A DNA stretch of 63,945 nucleotides, the filler included, from Caldilineae bacterium (lineage in GTDB: Bacteria; Chloroflexota; Anaerolineae; DTLA01): the NCBI GenBank assembly GCA_037446815.1. It is 7 parts of 7 records of this genome, joined end to end, with 100 filler letters (N's around TTAATTAATTAA, not from the genome) between each part and the next. Parts side by side here need not be neighbours in the genome. Positions count along the whole stretch, not along the records: positions 20,245 to 30,006 come from JBBIHX010000111.1; positions 30,107 to 39,761 come from JBBIHX010000112.1; 5 more parts are not named here. One strand, given 5' to 3'. The position numbers and the translations under genes are program-made. Below the pieces are notes generated by a model. That model was not told the DNA's origin, did not search any database, and saw only the letters and a program-made list of their open reading frames with translations. Shown here piece after piece: positions 20,687-30,965 of this stretch; the first letter of the stretch is position 1; every line of letters begins with the position of its first letter.

Positions 20687-23600
20687 ATGCGAGCGAGACT
20701 CACTGTCCAAAGGATCGCCAACGTGCTGGCCGTGCTCACCATCGTGGCCATGTTGTTGGCGATCGTCCCCTCGGGAGTGGCGCCGGCCTCGGCTGCGCCG
20801 CCACAATCTCCTCCATCTGGCCCCACGGCACAGCAAGGTGTGGCCCACACGCTGCGCATCTACGGGACCGGATGGAACCGCGTGAACCTGCCCATTGAAG
20901 GAGACCCTCGGGCAGGCAACACGCAAGCGATTGATCCCGTTCTGGGTACCAGCCCAGAGGATCCGCCGTACACGGACCCCGCCTCCGTGTTTGACCCGGA
21001 AGGGTCGCAAGCCCCTAGTCGCGACCTGGTTACCTTCAACCCCGCATGGATGTACGAAGGCGCCACGCGCGACGAAAACTGGGCCAAGGGGCTGTATCAG
21101 CAGATCCTTACCCCCATCAACGCCTCGGAGAAGGTGTGGTTCCGGATGTGGTACGAGCCGGAGCACTGGGATAAGGATCTCAACGGCAACGGCATCCTGG
21201 ACATCGCCGCCCCGCGGTGGGAGTTTGAGCCTACCATGCCGGTTACCGACATCTGGTATCCGGCCCTGATGCAGGAGTTCACCTACCTGCTGATGGAGGG
21301 CAAGCAACTGACCGCCGAGCCGCCGCCGTTGCCGACCTGGGGCAACGTGGGCACGTCGTTTGTCTTCCCCGTGGGCATGAAGTACGAGGACCTGTTCACG
21401 CCCAATGGCGCGGTGGACATGACCTCTACGAACGCCCAGTTCGGGTATGGTCTCACCAGCCTGGACGGCGACTTTGACGGGGTGCCCGACATCGTCCACG
21501 TGGAGAGCGAAGGCTCGCTGTATGCCCTGACCAGCATCGCCGCGGACTTTGACGGCGACGGCCTCATTAGCCGCCTGGACCGCGACGGGACCGTCCTCAA
21601 CGGCAACGAACTGGCCGTGCTCCGTCTGGGCGCGAAGTCGGTGGACAGGGGCAAGGGTGTGCAGTTCCTTGACCACCTGGCCATGGTGGAGCAGGTGTCC
21701 GACAACGGGGTGCAACTGGGCATCTACTACACCGGCGACCTGACCCCGCGGCCCTTCCCGTCGGTAACGCTCCAGATCGGCGACATGGTGCTGGCCGGCT
21801 CTCAGGGGCCTGCGCAGTTGATCCGCGCCGTCCGCAACGGCGGTCCCGGCACCAACATGACCCGCTTCCCGACCGGGCCATGGTTTGTGTATCTTCAGGG
21901 TGTGGACCGCGACGAGAACCAGGCGATTCTCATCGTTGGGCGCGCTGTGGGCGCAACGCACAGCGCCATGGAAGACGGCATGTACCGCGAAGACCGCCGT
22001 CCCGGCGACCCGTGGTTCCTGAAGCGCTTCTACGTGGACGGCCACGAGTACAACGTGGTGGCGCTCATGACGCGGTACGGTGGCGTGTGGCAGGGAGGGC
22101 CGTTCGGGCCTATCGCGGACCTGGACGTGGACAACGACGGGTTCATTGATCCCGCCTACGATCCCTACACTCTGGTGCCCGACCTGACCCAGTTCCAGTT
22201 CATCACCATCCGCACGCCCATCCCGAAGGTGCCGGTTCGCATTTCGCAGCACTCGGTGCAGTTGCAGCCCTACGCAGCGAACGACAACCTGTCGGTGCTG
22301 CCGCCTTTCAACTACGAACACTACTACATCCAGGACATCAACGCCATCGCCAAGTTCAGCGAGTACGACATCTGGGATCCCGTGCAGCAGCGATGGGAGA
22401 TCAGTGTCAAGTCCGTTGGGCGGCTGGTAGGCCCTGTGCCGCCGATCTTGCAGAAGAACAAGACGCTGCCCTACGTGGGCAACGGGCCGAACAGCCCCTA
22501 CACGGACGCGCGCGAGACAAGCCTGTACTACGTGGAGGAGGACAAGAACCCGCAGTTCCTGGGCATGTTGCGCGAACTGTACTCGGAGCGCGAAGCAGAT
22601 GGCGCCCAGTACTGGACCACGCGGCAGTTCATGACCGTGCCCTGGTGGTACACGGAGATGGTCTTCCCCGACGTGCGCGAGGCCATCACGGGACAGGGCA
22701 ATCCTGACCTGTACCTGATGAAGAGCGTGTTCTTCAACTACCAGTCCGAGCGTCGGTACTGGCTGCGGACCGCGCCCGACTGGGCCGATCTGCTTGGCAC
22801 TGCGCAGCCGCCGGTTCCCATCATGTTCTGGTTTGATCCGGCGGTGGGCGGCAAGAAGTACAAGGACACCGAGGGCTTGCGCATCTACGGCGACCGCATC
22901 TACGGTGAACCGGTGCTCGGGCAGATTCAGGGCTGGACGTGGCCCGATGGCATCCTGGGCAACAAGGGCGCGGGCGACGTATCGGCGTACATGGACCCCA
23001 TGGCGCTGTATCCCGTGGAAGTGCTGCCGTACACCGATCCGCTTGCGCCGTTTGACCCGGATCACCCGCAGGCGCCGCGCAAGGACTTCGTTACGCTGAA
23101 CCCGGCGTACATGAACGAATACAACAATGGCGGCGAGCCGCTGGTGGACCTGTACCGGCAGATCTCCATCCGCGAGGGCAACGCGGGCGAGAAGGTCTTC
23201 TTCCGCATGTGGTACGAGCCCACCTATGTGGACAAGATCGTGCGGGCGACCATCGTGGGCACCGGCGCGCCTGTGGTAACACCGACCGAGGTGATGACGT
23301 TCCCGGCGGTCATGCAGGAATTCACCTACATGTACCTGGACATGAACGACCAGCCGAGCGCGGGTCAGCCGGGCAAGAGCGTCTTCGCCTTCCCCATCGC
23401 GACGGGCGCCAACGAACTGCCCAAGCCGGTCAATGGGTCTATCCCCGCCGGGCAACTGCCGTCCGCGGGCTATGGCCTGACGACCTTTGACGCCGACTTT
23501 GACGGCCTGGAGGACGCGGTTACCATCCACAGCGAGTGGACGCTGTCCAACACCACCGGTATCCGCGCCGACTTCAACGGCAACAACGCGATTGACTACT

Positions 23601-26404
23601 TGGACACGGACGGCACGGCGCTGTCGGGCGATGAGTTGGTCGTCTTCGCGCGGTCGGTGCACCTGCAGCGCGGCCAGAGCGCCCAGTTGCTGGATCACAT
23701 GGTCAGCCTCGCCAACATCGCGGTGCCTGCGACCTCGGCGGACCTGACGCTGTGGTACACCGGCGGCGGGATGCACGCCAACAACAGCAAGCACCCGGAC
23801 CTGGTGCCCGGCTCGCCTGTAACACTGCGACCCGGCGAGATGGCCATCGTGGACCGCACCGGCTACCGCCGCATCTTGGCCGGCGGCACCAACCTGGGCA
23901 GCCTCAACGGCGCGTGGTTCGTGTACGTGGACCAGATCAACTCGGCCACGGAGACGGTCAACCTCATCATCGGGCGCGCGTTGGGCGCTAGCAACTCGGC
24001 CATTGACAACGCGGTCGGCGGGCATGACCTGACGCCGGGCGACCCGTGGTATCTCAAGCGGTTCTTCGTGGATGGCCACGAGTACAACGTCGTCGCGCTC
24101 ATGACGGTGCCCAACACCTACGATTATCCCAACGAAGACCCGTATGAGTTCAAGTACATCACCATCCGCACGCCTGTTCCGAAGCCCGAGGACTTCGTGA
24201 ACTACGAGGACAGCCAGATTCTGGAGGGCTACTGGCTTCGGGACAACATCTCGGTGATGCCGCCGTTCAACTACCTGCACACGGTGCGCGAGGATGTCCT
24301 CAGCATGCCGGAGACCTGGAACAACCCGAGCCCGCTGGTAACTCCGCTGAACCGCGCGGAACTGACCCTGGGCAACCCGGCATACATGCTGGCGACGGAT
24401 CCGAACTGCATCGGGCGCGTGCTCACGCAACGGCCTCCGCTGGCGATTGCCATCGTGGACGAGGCGCGCGAGCCGCAGTTCTACGGCGAGTTGAAGGAAA
24501 TTTACCTGTTTGGCGGCATAGATGTCCCGCCACTCTGGCTGCTCACCGAGTACCGGACATCGCCGGACAAGTACACCGAGCTGCAATTCCCCGCCGGCGA
24601 GAAGTATCTGATGACGACCGACTGGTGGTGGTACAACCTGCGCGAGAACTTTGAGTGCACGCAGTACCTGCCGCCGGTGGGCGCTGCTCAGATGTCGCCG
24701 TATCGGGTGATGTTCTGGTACGATCCGACGGACCCGAAGGACATCTACATCAACACGACCACCGCGTGCGAGCCGCCGCAGGCCGACTTCATCGCCACGC
24801 CGACGCAGGGCCAGGCTCCGCTGACGGTCGACTTCACGGATCAGTCGGTCGGCGCCATCACCTCGTGGGCGTGGAACTTTGGCGACGGTGGAACGTCTAA
24901 TCAGCAGAACCCATCGCACGTTTACAACGCTCCGGGCGTGTACACGGTAACGCTGACGGTCTCCGGCCCGTGTGGCGTGGACACCGAGACCAAGGTTGAG
25001 TACATCCTGGTAACGACCTGCGCGCTGATCCACCTGTCGCCGACGACCCAGACGGTGGGTGTGGGTCAGACGGTGGCGGTGGACATCCGCGTGGAGAACG
25101 TGTCCAACCTGTACGGCGTGGACCTGCAACTGTCGTTTGACTACACCCGCGTGCAGGTGGTGGACGATGATCCGGCCACGCCTGGCATCCAGATCACGCC
25201 TGGGCCGTTCCTGCCCGTCGGCAGCGGCTACTTGCAGAACAACTCGGCCAACAACGGAACCGGCGTGATTCGGTACACGTTCACGCTCCAGAACCCGGCT
25301 CCGCCGGCCAACGGCAGCGGCGTAGTGGCCACGATTCACTTCATGGGTCTGGCCACAGGCACGGCCAATGTGGCCTTCACGCTGGGCCAGTTGGTGGACC
25401 GGTACGGCACGCAACTATGCAGCACCACGCAGGGCGGGTCGCTGGAGGTCGTGATCACCACCGGCTCCATCAGCGGCCAGGTGTCGCTCCAGTCGCGGAC
25501 GGACCACAGCGGCGTGTCGGTAACGGCGGGCGCACTGCCTCCGGTTAGCACCGGCAGCGGCGGCGCGTTCACCATCGCCGGCGTGCCCGCGGGGACGTAC
25601 ACGGTCATCGCGAGCAAGCCCGGGTATCTGTCGGCCCGCAAGACCGGGGTCGTGGTGCCGGCCTCTGGCTCGGTCAACATCGGCAGCACCATGTTGCTGG
25701 GCGGCGACGCCAACAACGATGGCACCATCAACATCGTGGACCTGGTCATCGTGGGCGCCATGTACGGCTCCACGCCGCCGGTGGACGGCCGCGCCGACAT
25801 CAACGGCGACGGGACCTGCAACCTGATTGACCTGGTGCTGGTGGGCGCGAACTACAACCGCACCGGCCCGACCGACTGGGGCACGGTGGCGGCTAGTTCC
25901 GCGGCCGCACGCGGCCAGGCCAAACTGGGCTTCTCGCCGTCGTTCCGCATCCTGCCGGCGGGCGCGCAGACAACCCTTGAGGTTGTGGCGAGCAGCGTGG
26001 CCGACCTGTACGCGGGCGCGTTTGAGGTTCGCTACGATCCGGCTGCGCTGGCCGTCGTGGATGCCGACCCGAACAAGGACGGCGTGCAGATTGGCGTTGG
26101 CGACGTGTTCGCGGGGGATGGCGCGTTTGTGGCGCTGAACTCCGTGGACGAGGCCGCCGGCGTCATCCGCTTCGCTGCCACCTTGCTGGATCCGGCTCCG
26201 GCGCTCCAGGGCAACGCGGTGCTGGCGCGCATCACGCTGAAGGGCGTGAAGTCCGGCCCGACCATGCTCCGCTTCGGCGACGCGCAGTTGCTGACGGCGC
26301 AGGCCGACGCGCTGGACGTGAAGGCTCAGGACGGTTCCCTGTGGCTGGGGCCCATCCGCGGCATCGGCGCTGACCCCGACACCAAGTTGCTGCGGATTCA
26401 GTAA
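20687..26404 (+). CDS. Giant secreted protein: two ~650-aa unknown repeats + PKD + cohesin + Ig-like + dockerin + cohesin
   Basis: Signal peptide; duplicated LRIYG...EKVxFRMWYEP...KRFxVDGHEYNVVAL...MFWxDP; PKD WNFGDG; cohesin-like VSNLYGVDLQLSFD; dockerin GDANNDGTINIVDL / ADINGDGTCNLIDL. Confidence 0.85.
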   Translation: MRARLTVQRIANVLAVLTIVAMLLAIVPSGVAPASAAPPQSPPSGPTAQQGVAHTLRIYGTGWNRVNLPIEGDPRAGNTQAIDPVLGTSPEDPPYTDPASVFDPEGSQAPSRDLVTFNPAWMYEGATRDENWAKGLYQQILTPINASEKVWFRMWYEPEHWDKDLNGNGILDIAAPRWEFEPTMPVTDIWYPALMQEFTYLLMEGKQLTAEPPPLPTWGNVGTSFVFPVGMKYEDLFTPNGAVDMTSTNAQFGYGLTSLDGDFDGVPDIVHVESEGSLYALTSIAADFDGDGLISRLDRDGTVLNGNELAVLRLGAKSVDRGKGVQFLDHLAMVEQVSDNGVQLGIYYTGDLTPRPFPSVTLQIGDMVLAGSQGPAQLIRAVRNGGPGTNMTRFPTGPWFVYLQGVDRDENQAILIVGRAVGATHSAMEDGMYREDRRPGDPWFLKRFYVDGHEYNVVALMTRYGGVWQGGPFGPIADLDVDNDGFIDPAYDPYTLVPDLTQFQFITIRTPIPKVPVRISQHSVQLQPYAANDNLSVLPPFNYEHYYIQDINAIAKFSEYDIWDPVQQRWEISVKSVGRLVGPVPPILQKNKTLPYVGNGPNSPYTDARETSLYYVEEDKNPQFLGMLRELYSEREADGAQYWTTRQFMTVPWWYTEMVFPDVREAITGQGNPDLYLMKSVFFNYQSERRYWLRTAPDWADLLGTAQPPVPIMFWFDPAVGGKKYKDTEGLRIYGDRIYGEPVLGQIQGWTWPDGILGNKGAGDVSAYMDPMALYPVEVLPYTDPLAPFDPDHPQAPRKDFVTLNPAYMNEYNNGGEPLVDLYRQISIREGNAGEKVFFRMWYEPTYVDKIVRATIVGTGAPVVTPTEVMTFPAVMQEFTYMYLDMNDQPSAGQPGKSVFAFPIATGANELPKPVNGSIPAGQLPSAGYGLTTFDADFDGLEDAVTIHSEWTLSNTTGIRADFNGNNAIDYLDTDGTALSGDELVVFARSVHLQRGQSAQLLDHMVSLANIAVPATSADLTLWYTGGGMHANNSKHPDLVPGSPVTLRPGEMAIVDRTGYRRILAGGTNLGSLNGAWFVYVDQINSATETVNLIIGRALGASNSAIDNAVGGHDLTPGDPWYLKRFFVDGHEYNVVALMTVPNTYDYPNEDPYEFKYITIRTPVPKPEDFVNYEDSQILEGYWLRDNISVMPPFNYLHTVREDVLSMPETWNNPSPLVTPLNRAELTLGNPAYMLATDPNCIGRVLTQRPPLAIAIVDEAREPQFYGELKEIYLFGGIDVPPLWLLTEYRTSPDKYTELQFPAGEKYLMTTDWWWYNLRENFECTQYLPPVGAAQMSPYRVMFWYDPTDPKDIYINTTTACEPPQADFIATPTQGQAPLTVDFTDQSVGAITSWAWNFGDGGTSNQQNPSHVYNAPGVYTVTLTVSGPCGVDTETKVEYILVTTCALIHLSPTTQTVGVGQTVAVDIRVENVSNLYGVDLQLSFDYTRVQVVDDDPATPGIQITPGPFLPVGSGYLQNNSANNGTGVIRYTFTLQNPAPPANGSGVVATIHFMGLATGTANVAFTLGQLVDRYGTQLCSTTQGGSLEVVITTGSISGQVSLQSRTDHSGVSVTAGALPPVSTGSGGAFTIAGVPAGTYTVIASKPGYLSARKTGVVVPASGSVNIGSTMLLGGDANNDGTINIVDLVIVGAMYGSTPPVDGRADINGDGTCNLIDLVLVGANYNRTGPTDWGTVAASSAAARGQAKLGFSPSFRILPAGAQTTLEVVASSVADLYAGAFEVRYDPAALAVVDADPNKDGVQIGVGDVFAGDGAFVALNSVDEAAGVIRFAATLLDPAPALQGNAVLARITLKGVKSGPTMLRFGDAQLLTAQADALDVKAQDGSLWLGPIRGIGADPDTKLLRIQ

Positions 26405-26530
26405 CCTAGTGCGAAAGGGTGGGCCTGGGGCGCAAGACCAAGCCCCAAGGCCCACCCCGGAGGCCGGGCCTATCCCCCGTCCTCACCAAGATTGCCAAAG
26501 GACACTGGTCGGTAAAAGGAGGAATGACAC

Positions 26531-27867
26531 ATGAACGGAAGAGAGAAAGTGCCACTGGCCCGGCGCATCGTTTCTCTCGTCGTGGCAGCGGTTACCATCC
26601 TGGTGGGGTTGGGGATACCGTTTGCGGGAGATGGTGTCGCGCGGGCCGATGGCGCAACGGTGGCGCTTATCCCAAGCGCCTCAAGCGTGCCCGTCGGCGG
26701 CACCGTTACCCTGGACATCCAGGTTCAGAACGTAACGGGACTGTTCGGGGCAGAAGTGCGACTCAGTTTTGACCCCACGCGGTTGCAGGTGCAGGACGCG
26801 CTGGCCTACCAGACGGGCGTGCAAATCCAGCCGGGGACGTTCCCGAACCCCGCCGACGGGTTCGTGGCGGTGAACTCGGCGGATAACGCCTCGGGCACCA
26901 TCATCTACGCGATGACGCTGCTGGCGCCGGCCTCGCCGGTTTCAGGCAGCGGGACCCTGGCCCGAATCGTGTTCCAGGGGGTGAGCGGCGGGTCGGCCAG
27001 CGTGATCTTCACGTCGGTGTCGCTGCTGAACAACCTCACGCAGCCGATTCCGGCGGCCACGCAGAATGCGACCATCACGGTTACGGGCGGTGCTACATCC
27101 ACGCCCGCGCCGAGCGCGACGCCCACACGCACCCCCGGCCCTACGGCGACGCCCGGCCCTACGGCCACCCCCGGCCCCACGGCTACGCCGCGTCCGTCGG
27201 CGACGCCGGTGCCCCCTGGCCCATGTGTGGCGTACCACACGGTGTGCTGGGGCGACACGCTGTACTCCATCGCGCGGCGCTACGGGACCACNNNNNNNNN
27301 NNNNNNNNNNNNNNNNNNNNNNNNNNNNNNNNNNNNNNNNNNNNNNNNNNNNNNNNNNNNNNNNNNNNNNNNNNNNNNNNNNNNNNNNNNNACACGGTGT
27401 GCTGGGGCGACACGCTGTACTCCATCGCGCGGCGCTACGGGACCACGGTGCAGGCCATCGCCGCGGCGAACGGCATCACGAATCCGAGCCTGATTCGCGT
27501 TGGGCAGGTGCTGTGCATCCCGGGCGTAACCCCGCCGCCGCCACCGCCGCCGCAGGATTGCTGGTACATCGTGCAGCGCGGCGACACGCTCTACTCCATC
27601 GCGCGGCGCTACGGGACCACCATCTGGTACCTGGCCAGCATCAACGGCATTTCCACCTGCTGCTTCAACATCTACGCGGGGCAGCGGCTGCGGGTGCCGT
27701 GCGCGGTAACCCCGCCGCCACCCGGGCAGTGCTACGTGGTGCAGCGCGGCGACACGCTGTACTCGCTGGCCATCCGGTGGGGCACGACGGTGCACGCCAT
27801 CATGGTGCGGAACAACCTGGCGAACCCGAACTACATCTACGTGGGGCAGGTGCTGTGCCGACCGTGA
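26531..27867 (+). CDS. Secreted cohesin + PT linker + multiple LysM domains (spans an N gap)
   Basis: Signal peptide, cohesin-like LFGAEVRLSFDP...GSGTLARIVF, (TPGPTA)n linker, at least three GDTLYS-type LysM repeats; joining across the gap is inferred. Confidence 0.82.
27292..27391. other. Scaffold gap (100 N) inside the LysM repeats
   Basis: An identical LysM-coding sequence of about 55 nt lies on both sides. Confidence 0.95.
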
Positions 27868-27886
27868 GGCAAGTCTAACAGCGAAT

Positions 27887-29725
27887 CTAGCGCAACTCTC
27901 CTTTCGCAGTCAGAAGGCCGCTCGCAGATGAGCGGTCTTCTGTTTTCTGCGCGCCCTGCGCCAAGCCCTGGTGATTCAGGTACAGGTCGGCGAAGAAGGG
28001 GTACAGGTCCCGCGCGTTGGCGATGTCCTCGGTGGGGATGGTGTAGGCCGCGGGATAGAGGATGAACGGGTAGTCCTGGGGGCCGCCGATGCCTCCATGG
28101 GTGCTCACCTGGTCCTCAAAGGCGACGATGACGCCCGGCCTGTGCCAACCGCCGAACAGGATGAGGTCGCCGCTGTGGGGAAAGGCGGCCAGGTCGCGGA
28201 GTTGCGCCGCCGCGATGTCGGGCTCGTCTGCCAGGGCCAGCGGATTCTCCCCCTCCACCTCCGCGCCGCGGGGGGTGAGCAACGCTTGCCCCTTCTTGCT
28301 GATGGCGATGGCACATTCGGCTTCGCAGGCGAGGATGATGCCGATGCCCGGATGGTCCGCGAGGCTCGCCAGCAGGTCGGGGTACAGAACGGCAATCTCG
28401 CCCAGGCGCAACTTGCGCGGGGCGACGTTGAAATATACGTGGGCCGCCGAGCCGGAATTGCGCACCACGATGTCGCTGATGCGCGTCAAATCCCAGTCGG
28501 AGGGGTCCACGTGGGTGGGGATTCGCCGGCGCAGGAACTGGCGGAGGCGGCGCAGGAGGGCGCTCTGAGTCTTGCCGAGGCGCTCCTCCATGCCCTTGAG
28601 TTCGTCCAGGAGGAAACGCATCCGCAGGGCGGCCAGGTCCTCGCCCGCCGCGCCCTCGTCCAGTTGCACAGGCTGCCGGACGTGCTCGCGGATGTACTGG
28701 CCGATGGTCTGGCTGTACAGGTGCTGGAACGGCACCGAGGGCGTCATCCCATGATCCGATAGCACGTACAGGTCGTACTGGCGGCGGGTGTAATGCCTGC
28801 GCATGCGGTCAATGCGCTGGATTTGCTTGTCAATGCCGCGCAGCGTTCGGAACGCCTGGGGGCTGTCGGCGCCGTAGTGGTGGGCCACGTCGTCGTAGGA
28901 GTTGTAGTTGGTGGCGATGGAGGGGACGCCGCGATATACGTCCAGCATGGCGGCGAAGGTCTGGATTTCACGGAAGATCACGTCGTTGGCGACCTTCAGG
29001 AACGGCGAGGGGTGGGCGTAGGGCCGCCGCAGGCTGGGGTAGAGCAGGGCGCGCGCCTGCCGCCAGAAGTGGGCGAGGTACTCCCATGCGGCCCGGCCCA
29101 GGATAATGCCGATGCGCCAGGGGCTGAGGGCGAGCAGGATGAGGAACCCGACGCCACGCATGTTCTCAAAGAAGCGGTGGCGGCCGATGGAGCCGAGGGT
29201 GAGGAGGGACAGGGTCGCGCCGCCGTCAAACATATTGACATAACTGGAGCCGCCTTGCAAGATTCCCGGGCGCGAGGCGGCGATCCGCTGCTGCAACTCG
29301 GCCATGAATCCGGGCGACTTGCACCCGACGGAGGCGTGGCGCTCTTTCTCATACCAGCGGAAGGCGGGGATGTCGTAGTTGTCGCCGTAGAAGATGCCAG
29401 CCTGGACGGCGGGGGTGGTGGTGGGCTGGCCGCAGCGCCACCGGGCCAGTTGCGCCTCACCGCTCCGCACGAGGCTCGCGATGAAGGGCATGTAGCCGCG
29501 CTCCATGGCCTGGAGGAGATGCCTGTGCGACAATGCGTCAATCTGGATGAGGATGAAGCCGCGGGCGTCCTTGTCCTCAGGCGGCACGGCATGGCCGACC
29601 GTCCGCTCCCACGTGCGGTACTTGCGCGTGTGGTAGGCACGCGAGATGCGGTCGGCCAGGTCCAGGATCTTGCGCAGGTGCCAGGCAATGCCGCTGCCTG
29701 CTGCCGGCTCGCGTTGCTCGGACAA
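27887..29725 (-). CDS. Alkaline phosphatase superfamily (NPP/phosphodiesterase-like) protein
   Basis: IQIDALS, PTTTPAVQAGI, YDDVAHH, LSDHG, HGGIGG. Confidence 0.8.
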   Translation of the reverse strand: MSEQREPAAGSGIAWHLRKILDLADRISRAYHTRKYRTWERTVGHAVPPEDKDARGFILIQIDALSHRHLLQAMERGYMPFIASLVRSGEAQLARWRCGQPTTTPAVQAGIFYGDNYDIPAFRWYEKERHASVGCKSPGFMAELQQRIAASRPGILQGGSSYVNMFDGGATLSLLTLGSIGRHRFFENMRGVGFLILLALSPWRIGIILGRAAWEYLAHFWRQARALLYPSLRRPYAHPSPFLKVANDVIFREIQTFAAMLDVYRGVPSIATNYNSYDDVAHHYGADSPQAFRTLRGIDKQIQRIDRMRRHYTRRQYDLYVLSDHGMTPSVPFQHLYSQTIGQYIREHVRQPVQLDEGAAGEDLAALRMRFLLDELKGMEERLGKTQSALLRRLRQFLRRRIPTHVDPSDWDLTRISDIVVRNSGSAAHVYFNVAPRKLRLGEIAVLYPDLLASLADHPGIGIILACEAECAIAISKKGQALLTPRGAEVEGENPLALADEPDIAAAQLRDLAAFPHSGDLILFGGWHRPGVIVAFEDQVSTHGGIGGPQDYPFILYPAAYTIPTEDIANARDLYPFFADLYLNHQGLAQGAQKTEDRSSASGLLTAKGELR

Positions 29726-30006
29726 GGCTACCTCCCTTCCGTGCTCGCGAAGGGTGAATGGGCGCGTGTGGTGGGATTATAGACAACGGGCGGGCTGCGG
29801 GCAAGTGGCAGCGGCGGATGTGTGGGCCTGCTCCACGGATTGGGCGGATGGGGGAGGTATGGCCGTGGGCGGGAGATTCTTCGCGGCTCCGCCGCTCAGA
29901 AGGACAGATTGCCGCGCGCGAGGGAGCGTGCCCCTCACCCCAGCCCTCTCCCGGTGGGCGAGGGCGCGGCGCCGCGCGAGGCTGGCGGCTAAAGGCTAAC
30001 GGCTAA

Positions 30007-30106
30007 NNNNNNNNNNNNNNNNNNNNNNNNNNNNNNNNNNNNNNNNNNNNTTAATTAATTAANNNNNNNNNNNNNNNNNNNNNNNNNNNNNNNNNNNNNN
30101 NNNNNN
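30007..30106. other. Artificial contig linker
   Basis: N / TTAATTAATTAA / N. Confidence 0.98.
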
Positions 30107-30232
30107 ATTTGTCATTGCGAGGGCGCCGAGCGCCCGAAGCAATCTCCGGGGCGTGAGATTGCTTCGCTTCGCTCGCAATGACACATGAGGAGAGTGTACG
30201 TGCGGTTCACCCACACAAGATGAAACCGTCTC
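30107..30232. mobile_element. MITE-like element (reverse orientation, truncated)
   Basis: Close reverse-complement match to 15606-15753; ends CACAAGATGAAACCGTCTC. Confidence 0.8.
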
Positions 30233-30315
30233 CGCCGTCGCCGCAACTTGCCACGGGGTGTGGTGTTTCCCGAATAAACACGCCACGCGAATCTTCTTGA
30301 CGGAGGGACGCAATC

Positions 30316-30954
30316 ATGTGGACGGATCTCCTGGTTATCGCTGCGGGCTACCTGCTCGGTTCCATCCCGTTTGCCTACCTGGTAACGCGCGCGCTGACCG
30401 GCAAGGACATTCGCTACGAGGGCGAGGGGAACGTGGGGTCGCGCAACGTGATGTACGTGGTCGGCCGCGTGCCTGGGTTCCTGGTGCTGGCGCTGGACGT
30501 GGCCAAGGGCGCGGCGGCCTACTGGGTCGGGCGGCGGTTCGGTTCGGGCGACATGGCGCTGTACCTCACGGGGTTCGCGCTCATGTTCGGGCACGGGTTC
30601 CCCGTTTGGCTTCGGTGGCGCGGGGGCAAGGGGCTGGCCGCGGCGGCGGGGTTCCTGCTCCAGATGTGGCCCTATTCCGTCCTGGGCGCGGCGACTGTGC
30701 TCGTCATCGCTCGCATGTTCATCCCCGACTTCAACCTGGCGTTCACCGTGGCAGGCGTCGCGCTCCCCCTCCTGACCTTCCTGGAGGGCAACAATCTGCA
30801 GGGCCTGCTGTTCATCGTGTTCTTCTTGGGCGTCGCGGGCCTGAAGAAGGTCCTAGACCTGCCCCATGAGCGCGCCATCCGCGCCAAGAGCGGGTGGATT
30901 GAGGGGCTGGATCACGTGCGGGAGCGGCGCGATCAGCAGGCGAAGCGCGGGTAG
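30316..30954 (+). CDS. PlsY-family membrane acyltransferase (possibly CruD-like)
   Basis: YLLGSIPF, GEGNVGSRN, DVAKG, GHGFP, GGKGLA. Confidence 0.85.
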   Translation: MWTDLLVIAAGYLLGSIPFAYLVTRALTGKDIRYEGEGNVGSRNVMYVVGRVPGFLVLALDVAKGAAAYWVGRRFGSGDMALYLTGFALMFGHGFPVWLRWRGGKGLAAAAGFLLQMWPYSVLGAATVLVIARMFIPDFNLAFTVAGVALPLLTFLEGNNLQGLLFIVFFLGVAGLKKVLDLPHERAIRAKSGWIEGLDHVRERRDQQAKRG

Positions 30955-30965
30955 GAGGGCCGGCC

